Below the pieces are notes generated by a model that did no database searches, was not told the DNA's origin, and saw nothing but the letters and a program-made list of their open reading frames with translations. A stretch of DNA of 64,000 nucleotides, taken from the NCBI GenBank assembly GCA_035490315.1, contig DATHET010000223.1, positions 10,542-74,541 on the forward strand, given 5' to 3'. Below, in pieces: positions 57,745 through 64,000 of the stretch. Numbering within the stretch: position 1 is the stretch's first letter; each line of letters opens with the position of its first letter. Made by a program: the position numbers and the translations under genes. This DNA is from Planctomycetota bacterium. Lineage in GTDB: Bacteria > Planctomycetota > UBA1135 > GCA-002686595.

Positions 57745-60300
57745 ATGTTGCACCGCATCCTCTGGATCCTCGGCGCGTTGAGCGCCGCCACTCCCGCCTT
57801 CGCTCAGGCACCCTGGCCGCTTTTCCCCGCGCAACGGCTCGTGTCGGACCTCTCCGAGCGCGCCCTGGCCCTCGCTGATCTCGACAACGACGGCAACCTC
57901 GACCTGGTGTCGAACAAGATGACCGCGGGCATCGGCGTGCGCTTCGGCAATGGGCTCGGCGGGTTCTCGCCGATGGTCAGCTACGACTTGGGGACCAGCT
58001 ACACGCGCGCGATCCGCGCCGGCGACCTGGAGAACGACGGCGACGTCGACGTCGTGTACGCGCGGCCAGCCCTGTCGGATTTCTTCGTGCTGCACAACTC
58101 TGGGAGCGGCGTCCTCGTCGCCGGAACACCCGTCGCCCTCCCCTCGCCGCCGGTGGACATCCAGCTCGGCGAGCTCGACGGCCTGCCCGGCCTCGACGCG
58201 GCGGTGAGCTGCACCAACGGCGCCGTCTCCTTGCACTTCGGCGACGGCCTCGGAGGCTTCGCGGGCACGCTCGTGCTGACGCCGGGACCGAACTCGGGCG
58301 CGCTCGCGGTCGGCGACTTCAACGCGGACGGAATCGACGACATCGCGGTGGTCGCGGCCAGCAGTATCGTCCTCTACCTCGCCCAGGGCGGCGGCGCCTT
58401 CGTGCCCCTCGCTCCCTTGGTCGACACGGTCAGGGGCATCGTGATTGCCGATGTCTCCGGCGACGCGAAGCCCGACCTCGTCTGCAGCACCTTCTCGAGC
58501 TTCGCGCGCGTCTGGCTCGGCAATGGATTGGGAGGCTTCAATTCCGCCGTGCAGGTCCCGGTCGCCGGAGGCAACGGGATTGGCGTCGCCGTGCAGGACT
58601 TCGATCTCGACGGCCTGAACGATTTCGCCGTGGTCAGCTTCAACGACGAGTCGGTCTCCGTCCTCCGCGCGCTAGGAGCGGGAGCCTTCGCGCCTTTCGT
58701 GGCCTACCCCGCGGCCTACCGCGCCCAGGGCATCGTCGCCGGCAGGATCGACCGCGATGCGGGACCGGACCTGATCATCGGACAGGATTCTTCCGGCGGT
58801 CCGCTGCTGCTCCAAGGCAACGGCTCGGGAAGCTTCCTCTCCGGAATCGAGTTTCCCGGCGGAGGCGGTGCGCCCGGCGGGATCTTCCGCGGCGACTTCG
58901 ACAACAACGGCATCGACGACATCGGCTTCCTCGGCTCGGGCACGGTCACCACACGCCTGGGAGACGGCGTCGGCGGGTTTTCGAATCCGATCACGAGTCT
59001 GCAAGCCTCGAACGCCTACGATCCGCATTCCGCCGACTTCAACACGGACGGATTCGACGATCTGGTCTTCGGCTCGCTCACCTTTCCGTTGCTGAATGGA
59101 AACGTCCGCGTCTGCTTCGGCGACGGCACGGGCAAGTTCAATTCGGGCCCCACGATCCCCGCGAGCTCCGGTGTCTACCAGGTCGCCACGGCGGACATCG
59201 ACGGCGATGGGGACATCGATTTTGCCTATGTCGCCGGCAACGCCCTGCAGATTCAGCTCAACCAGGGAAATGGCGCGTTCAGCGCGGGGCCGACCACGCC
59301 TGGAATCAGTACGAGCGCAGTCGACCTCGAGCTGGCTTTTCTGAACGGCGATGCCGTGCTCGACGCGATCGTCTCGGTCACGGCCGGCGCACTGCGCTTC
59401 GACGGGCTGGGAGCTGGAGCCTTCGCACCGCCGGTGCAGGTCGCGTCCTCGCCGAACGGCGTGGCGCTCGCGCTCGCCGATTTCGATGGCGATCAGGACC
59501 TCGACCTGGCGACCTCGTACTACCAGTCCGGTCCAATGCGCTTGTGGACCAACGATGGCGTGGGGAACTACAGCCTTCTCGGCACGCTCCCTTTCGCCCC
59601 CACGCGCTTGCGCTTCGTCGACGTCGACCGCGACGGCAGGCCAGAGCTCGTCGGCCTCGACGGCAACCAGGACTTCATGCTGGTCTGGTCTGGCGGACCG
59701 AATGGCCCGCTCTCGCCCCCTCAAGGCTTCCGCACCGGCATGCGCCCCTTCGACCTGGTAGAGCTTCAGTCACGCGCCGGCACACCGCTCGATCTCGCGG
59801 TCCTCGGCGACACGCTTTTCGTGCTCGAAGGCATCTCGCCCGCGCCGGCGAGCGGACTGGTGTACTGCACCGCGAAGCTCAATTCCCTGGGCTGTCTGCC
59901 GCAGATCTCGGCGAGCGGCTCGGCGAGCGCGTCGGCGAGCAGCGGATTCGTCCTGAGCGCCGCGAACGTCCGCAACAACAAGCCGGGGCTTTGCCTCTAC
60001 GGATTGACGGGCCGCGCCGCGACGCCCTTCTCCGGGGGTTTCCTCTGCCTGGTGCCGCCGGTCCGGCGCTCCGGTGCACTGTCGTCGGGCGGAAATCCCC
60101 TGCCGAGCCAGGACTGCAGCGGTGTCTACTCGATCGACATGAACGCGTTCGCGGCGAGCAGCGGCCCGCCGGTTCCCTCGCCGCTGCTCAGCGTGGCCGG
60201 CGTGACGGTGAATTGCCAGTTCTGGGGGCGCGACCCTGGCTTCCCCGCGCCGAGCGCGACCAGCTTGAGCGACGCGATCGAGTACACGGTCGCGCCGTAG
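57745..60300 (+). CDS. Large secreted FG-GAP/VCBS repeat protein carrying the shared four-Cys C-terminal module
   Basis: The signal peptide is MLHRILWILGALSAATPAFAQA. There are at least 10 FG-GAP units (DLDNDGNLDLV, GDLENDGDVDVV, GDFNADGIDDIAV, ADVSGDAKPDLV, QDFDLDGLNDFAV, ...). The C-terminal 145 aa run YCTAKLNSLGC...EYTVAP. An alternative start is at 57700. Confidence 0.8.
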   Translation: MLHRILWILGALSAATPAFAQAPWPLFPAQRLVSDLSERALALADLDNDGNLDLVSNKMTAGIGVRFGNGLGGFSPMVSYDLGTSYTRAIRAGDLENDGDVDVVYARPALSDFFVLHNSGSGVLVAGTPVALPSPPVDIQLGELDGLPGLDAAVSCTNGAVSLHFGDGLGGFAGTLVLTPGPNSGALAVGDFNADGIDDIAVVAASSIVLYLAQGGGAFVPLAPLVDTVRGIVIADVSGDAKPDLVCSTFSSFARVWLGNGLGGFNSAVQVPVAGGNGIGVAVQDFDLDGLNDFAVVSFNDESVSVLRALGAGAFAPFVAYPAAYRAQGIVAGRIDRDAGPDLIIGQDSSGGPLLLQGNGSGSFLSGIEFPGGGGAPGGIFRGDFDNNGIDDIGFLGSGTVTTRLGDGVGGFSNPITSLQASNAYDPHSADFNTDGFDDLVFGSLTFPLLNGNVRVCFGDGTGKFNSGPTIPASSGVYQVATADIDGDGDIDFAYVAGNALQIQLNQGNGAFSAGPTTPGISTSAVDLELAFLNGDAVLDAIVSVTAGALRFDGLGAGAFAPPVQVASSPNGVALALADFDGDQDLDLATSYYQSGPMRLWTNDGVGNYSLLGTLPFAPTRLRFVDVDRDGRPELVGLDGNQDFMLVWSGGPNGPLSPPQGFRTGMRPFDLVELQSRAGTPLDLAVLGDTLFVLEGISPAPASGLVYCTAKLNSLGCLPQISASGSASASASSGFVLSAANVRNNKPGLCLYGLTGRAATPFSGGFLCLVPPVRRSGALSSGGNPLPSQDCSGVYSIDMNAFAASSGPPVPSPLLSVAGVTVNCQFWGRDPGFPAPSATSLSDAIEYTVAP

Positions 60301-60301
60301 C

Positions 60302-60408
60302 GTACGGAGTCAGGTGAATTCGTGCGGAGTCGTGGGCCTCGTCCACCCGGCACTGCGCGCCGGGTGGATGAGGCCCACGACTCCGCACGAATTCACCTGA
60401 CTCCGCAC
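60302..60408. repeat. REPIN-like palindromic element, copy B (imperfect; starts 2 nt after the FG-GAP stop codon)
   Basis: The 36-bp outer stem 60305-60340 / 60370-60405 is perfect. The inner stem 60341-60350 / 60360-60369 has one G:T pair. The loop is ~9 nt. The outer arm differs from copy A by one base, and the change is mirrored on both arms. Confidence 0.9.
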
Positions 60409-60412
60409 CTCT

Positions 60413-60432
60413 GGACGAATTCACCTGACTCC
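60413..60432. repeat. Solo half-site of the same repeat family
   Basis: ggacgaattcacctgactcc is identical (20/20) to the right-arm end of copy A (57663-57682). It has no partner arm. Confidence 0.8.
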
Positions 60433-60462
60433 CGAGCGCACCTCCCCCCGTACACTGCGCGG

Positions 60463-61983
60463 ATGCAATACGGGTTCCTGATGGACCATCGGCGCTGCAT
60501 CGGCTGCCACGCCTGCACCGTCGCCTGCAAGGCCGAGAACAACGTTCCGGTCGGCAGCTTCCGCACCTGGGTCAAGTACACGGAGAAGGGCCGCTTCCCG
60601 AGCGTCAAGCGCCACTTCGCGATCCTGCGCTGCAACCACTGCAGCAAGGCCCCCTGCGTGACGATCTGCCCCGTCAACGCGCTGGAAAAGCGCGTGGACG
60701 GCATCGTCGACATCGACCGCGACGCCTGCATCGGCTGCCGAGCGTGCATGCAGGCCTGTCCTTACGACGCGATCTATCTCAACGAGGACTCCGGGGTGGT
60801 CGAGAAGTGCCACTTCTGCGCGCACCGCATCGAGCAGAACCTCGAGCCGGCCTGCGTCATCGTCTGCCCGGAGCAGGCGATCGTCGTCGGAGATCTGCAC
60901 GACCCGATGTCGCGGATCGCGATGATGGTGGCCGAGAACGAGACGCTGGTGCGGCGGCCCGAGCAGAAGACGGGGCCGAATGTGCACTACCTGGGCGTCG
61001 AGCCCCTGTCGCTCGAGCCTGGGGCGGCCGAGCGGCCGTCCACCTATATATGGAGCGAGCGGCCGGATGCGGGCGTCGAGGCCTGGCCGGAGGAGAAGGC
61101 GCCCACGACGCCGGATCTTCGAACGGTGCTCGACGTCGGGCACAAGGTCGAATGGGGCTGGCCGGTGGCGCTGTACCTGGTGACCAAGGCGATCGCGGCG
61201 GGAGCGGCAATGATCGCGCCCTTCCTGGTCGACTTCGGCGTGCCGGTGGGATCTTTCGCGGAGCGTTGGCTGCCGGAGATCCTTGCGCTGGTGTTCACGA
61301 CGATCACGACCGCGTTGCTCGTCGAGGACCTGCACCGGCCCTTGAAGTTCTTGACGCTGCTGACGAGGCCGAACAAGAAGAGCTGGCTGGTGCGCGGCGC
61401 CTGGGTGCTGATCGCTTTCAGCACGCTGACCTGCTTGATCCTGGCCGCGCACTGGTTCGGTCAGGACGAGGCAGCGAAGTACATGCGCTCGTTCAACGTG
61501 GTGCTCGGCGCCGCAGCCGCGGGATACACGGCATTCTTGTTCCGCCAGTGCGAGGGACGCGACATGTGGCAAAGCCGCAGATTGCTCCCCCACTTGCTGA
61601 TTCAAGCGCTCTTGTGCGCTGCGGTCATATTCTGGTTCTTCACCGATTCGAAGACCGAGTTCCGCTTGTGGCTGGGGGTCGTGCTGGCGCTCCACGGAGC
61701 GTTCATGTCGCTCGAGTTGCGAGGGAAGCACGAAACAGCGAACGCGCGCCAGGCCGCGGGCTTCCTGCCGATCGTCCGCATGGGCTGGATCGGCGCGCCC
61801 TATCGGATGGGAGTCGTGCTCAGCGTGCTCGTGCCAGGCGTGCTGCTCGCGCTGACCAACCCGCACCGGATGGCGCCGGCGGTTCCGTACTTCTGCTGGA
61901 TCACAGCCGCTTGCGTGCTGGCCGGGCTGTTCCTGTTCAAGTACGCGTACGTGCGCGCGGCGCAGCTTCCCCCGTTGTCCTGA
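60463..61983 (+). CDS. Fusion of a 4Fe-4S multi-cluster ferredoxin subunit (PsrB/NrfC/DmsB-like) with an NrfD/PsrC-like quinone-interacting membrane domain
   Basis: The N-terminal 200 aa carry four Cys clusters (CIGCHACTVACK, CNHCSKAPCVTICP, CIGCRACMQACP, CHFC...CVIVCP). The C-terminal ~290 aa have about 8 hydrophobic helices with the NrfD-type segment EDLHRPLKFLTLLTRPNKKSWLVRGAW. Confidence 0.85.
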   Translation: MQYGFLMDHRRCIGCHACTVACKAENNVPVGSFRTWVKYTEKGRFPSVKRHFAILRCNHCSKAPCVTICPVNALEKRVDGIVDIDRDACIGCRACMQACPYDAIYLNEDSGVVEKCHFCAHRIEQNLEPACVIVCPEQAIVVGDLHDPMSRIAMMVAENETLVRRPEQKTGPNVHYLGVEPLSLEPGAAERPSTYIWSERPDAGVEAWPEEKAPTTPDLRTVLDVGHKVEWGWPVALYLVTKAIAAGAAMIAPFLVDFGVPVGSFAERWLPEILALVFTTITTALLVEDLHRPLKFLTLLTRPNKKSWLVRGAWVLIAFSTLTCLILAAHWFGQDEAAKYMRSFNVVLGAAAAGYTAFLFRQCEGRDMWQSRRLLPHLLIQALLCAAVIFWFFTDSKTEFRLWLGVVLALHGAFMSLELRGKHETANARQAAGFLPIVRMGWIGAPYRMGVVLSVLVPGVLLALTNPHRMAPAVPYFCWITAACVLAGLFLFKYAYVRAAQLPPLS

Positions 61984-62083
61984 ATGCCGCTGCGGGATCG
62001 TTCCTGAGTCCCGTCCAAGCCAGGGCAAAGATGATGGCCTGATGCCCTTTCGCCGTCGAACGCAATGATGTAAACATGATGGA

Positions 62084-62893
62084 GTGAGCCTGACCCGTCC
62101 CGAAGGTCCACCGCCCTCTCCCTCCATGAAAGACAACGAACGAGCGGAAGAACTCCCCTCCTGGCTGTGGCTGTGGTTCCCGCCGCTGATCATCGTCGCG
62201 CAGATGCTCGCGCGAGCCAGATCCGAGGAGTTCTACGTGCGCTGGATGCGCAGCGAATTCGGGATCGTCGAGCAGGGGACCGTGCTCTTCCTCGTGATCG
62301 CGCTCGCCAGCGCGATCCTTCTGCTCGTCCGCAAGCCCTTGGCGCGTCCCCCGGGCTACGCGGTCTGGATGTTCCTCATGGCTCTGGGCTGCCTGTATTT
62401 CGGCGGCGAAGAAGCGAGCTGGGGCCAGCATTACTTCGGCTGGAAGACCCCCGAAGTGTGGGCCGCGGTCAACGAGCAGCAGGAGACCAACCTGCACAAC
62501 CTGGGCGGCATCGGAGACCAGGCGCCGCGGTTGGTTTTGACCCTCGGCGTGCTCTTCGGAGGCGTCCTGCTGCCCCTGTGGTTCCGCGGCCGCGGTCGCG
62601 ACAGCGCGTTGTTGCGCCACCCCCTTGCCTGGACGATCCCGACGATCGTCGTGCTGCCGAGCGCGCTGATTGCGACTCTCGTGACGCTCCCCAAGGGCAT
62701 CTTCCGCACGTTTCACCAACCGGTGCCCTACCTGGTCGACTTCCAGGCTGGGGAGACCAAGGAGTACGCGTTCGGGCTGTTCTTGATGCTCTACATGCTG
62801 TCGATGTGGCGACGCCGCGAGCGCTTGCAGGACATGGGTTCGTCGCACGCCAGCGCCGTAGCCGTCGATGGCAGTGTGCGCGCGACCAACTGA
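62084..62893 (+). CDS. Integral membrane protein, unknown function (contains GGEEASWGQ motif)
   Basis: About 6 hydrophobic helices. The start is uncertain (GTG at 62084 or ATG at 62126). Confidence 0.55.
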   Translation: MSLTRPEGPPPSPSMKDNERAEELPSWLWLWFPPLIIVAQMLARARSEEFYVRWMRSEFGIVEQGTVLFLVIALASAILLLVRKPLARPPGYAVWMFLMALGCLYFGGEEASWGQHYFGWKTPEVWAAVNEQQETNLHNLGGIGDQAPRLVLTLGVLFGGVLLPLWFRGRGRDSALLRHPLAWTIPTIVVLPSALIATLVTLPKGIFRTFHQPVPYLVDFQAGETKEYAFGLFLMLYMLSMWRRRERLQDMGSSHASAVAVDGSVRATN

Positions 62894-62973
62894 ACGCGGC
62901 GCTGCGCGGTGAACTGCCGCGCATCGCTGTTGGACACTTCTGACGAGACTTGCCAACTCCCGGCAGTCGCTTC

Positions 62974-63264
62974 ATGCTTCAGGTGATGTGGCAGGAAAGC
63001 GATCTGACGAACCTGAACATCTCCCTGCCCCGCCAGCAACGGGATTTCGTCGAGGCCGAGGCGGCACGATGCGGCTGCACGACGACGAGCGAGTACATGC
63101 GTCGACTGATTCACGAGGCGCAGAGGCGAGTGGCGCAAGAGGATCTCGAGAAGAAGCTGCTCCAGGGACTCGACAGCGGAGAGCCGATCGAAATCACACC
63201 GGAATTCTGGGAGAAGAAGCGCCGCGCGCTGGTCGAGAGAGATGCGCGAAAGAAGAAGGCGTGA
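62974..63264 (+). CDS. parD: ParD-family (ribbon-helix-helix) antitoxin, apparently without a toxin partner
   Basis: NLNISLPRQQRDFVEAEAARCGCTTTSEYMRRLIHEAQRR...LLQGLDSGEPIEITPEFW matches the ParD pattern (N.SL...L..FV...V..G.Y.S.SEY.R.LIR...). The start is 62974 or 62986. Confidence 0.7.
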   Translation: MLQVMWQESDLTNLNISLPRQQRDFVEAEAARCGCTTTSEYMRRLIHEAQRRVAQEDLEKKLLQGLDSGEPIEITPEFWEKKRRALVERDARKKKA

Positions 63265-63459
63265 GGCGCTGAAGGAGCGCCATGAGGACGGTCGGTCGCT
63301 TATCCGCGGGTTTTCTGTTGAAACCAACCGTTCTCTCTCCTGACTCACTCATCCTGATGACTTGTGGGAGCGAGCAGGGCCCCCGACGTTGCTCGTAGCT
63401 GGAAGCCGGTCAGCCATCGATTTTGGTTTTTCCCGTGACTCTCCCGGAGGACCGACGGG

Positions 63460-63849
63460 TTATAGCCCAGGGTCGATAGGCGCGAATTGATCAGCGCGCT
63501 CGCGGAAGACGTTTTGGAAACGACGAAACAGGTGCTCGTCATCCGGGACCAGCTCGGAGTACCTGCGGTCGGCAGCGACCTCGGTTTCATCCGTACATTC
63601 AGCCAGCATCGGGGACGCGCTCCGGAAGAATGAGCCCACACTCTCGAATCCGAAGTACGAGAACCCGTCTGATGCCGCACAAAGTTCTGCCGGATTGAGC
63701 ACCTCCATTGCGTGGTGCACCCCGCCATTCATCACGAGGCCGTGTAATCGCAGAAGGGCTGTCAAGGCTCGATCGCCAGGGCCAGGCGTGTCGCCACCCG
63801 ACTCCATGGCGGCACGGTTCCAAACGAGATCCTCGAGATCGTGGTTCAT
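63460..63849 (-). CDS. Hypothetical protein (129 aa), weakly immunity-protein/DUF4375-like
   Basis: A clean ORF in a lower-GC patch. The segment LLRLHGLVMNGGVHHAMEVL loosely resembles the NGG-containing core of DMP19/DUF4375-type proteins. The function call is weak. Confidence 0.45.
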   Translation of the reverse strand: MNHDLEDLVWNRAAMESGGDTPGPGDRALTALLRLHGLVMNGGVHHAMEVLNPAELCAASDGFSYFGFESVGSFFRSASPMLAECTDETEVAADRRYSELVPDDEHLFRRFQNVFRERADQFAPIDPGL

Positions 63850-64000
63850 GGTCTGGCGGCTGCGCGGGGAAGTCTTGGCTGCATCGGCTGTTGCGAAGCA
63901 CCGCTAGCCTTGGCGCCGACCCTAGCGTACTTCTCCGTCGCAAGCCCTGCGGAGCAATGGTTGAGGATCCCAGAAAGCATCGACGCGCAAGGTCACGGTT

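Noticed and set aside
57580-60432. Possible CRISPR array (repeated ~33-nt palindromic units)
   Set aside because: There are only two full copies and one half copy. They are arranged as inverted arms rather than direct repeats, are separated by a 2.6-kb protein-coding gene rather than 30-40-nt spacers, and no cas genes are present in the window.
63282-63398. Short ORF downstream of parD as a possible ParE toxin remnant
   Set aside because: The translation (MRTVGRLSAGFLLKPTVLSPDSLILMTCGSEQGPRRCS) lacks the ParE/RelE pattern and is only 38 aa. It is treated as non-coding.
63922-64000. Partial minus-strand ORF at the right edge (...TVTLRVDAFWDPQPLLRRACDGEVR*)
   Set aside because: Only 26 codons are visible, with mixed third-position composition. 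This is insufficient to call a gene or product. It is mentioned only as context for the immunity-like neighbour.

Overview
This is a 64-kb chromosomal window from a high-GC (by eye roughly 65-70%) diderm bacterium. The phylum cannot be fixed from sequence alone. About 55 genes are densely packed, and many are translationally coupled through 4-nt GTGA/ATGA stop/start overlaps. Confident housekeeping calls are metH, hisS, speA, mutM, a PduO-type corrinoid adenosyltransferase, a SpoU/TrmH methyltransferase, a PLP-dependent dehydratase, a NitT/TauT-type ABC importer, and a TetR-controlled DevBCA/MacAB-like efflux operon with a TolC-like outer-membrane factor. There is also an SbcD/SbcC (YhaO/YhaN)-like nuclease-ATPase pair coupled to hisS, and a Ser/Thr kinase with TPR repeats. 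The rest is dominated by secreted or membrane-anchored proteins: FG-GAP/VCBS repeat proteins, carboxypeptidase-regulatory-like repeat proteins, two M14 peptidases, an S9 peptidase, PhoD and an FKBP lipoprotein. No rRNA, tRNA, CRISPR array, transposase or integrase was found. The features most worth follow-up are listed here. (1) A family of ~105-bp hairpin palindromes with conserved outer arms and compensatory changes (REPIN-like) brackets one FG-GAP gene. An unrelated 98-bp perfect palindrome fills a divergent promoter region. (2) An in-frame TGA splits an FG-GAP protein, with a SECIS-like hairpin just downstream. (3) A conserved ~144-aa four-cysteine C-terminal module is shared by three otherwise unrelated secreted proteins. 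(4) The SbcC-like ATPase has mid-protein transmembrane helices and a long C-terminal extension. (5) There are toxin-antitoxin remnants: higB has lost its in-frame start, and parD is an orphan. (6) A 4Fe-4S/NrfD fusion stands alone with no catalytic partner. All product calls rest on motif recognition by eye, and no database search was run.
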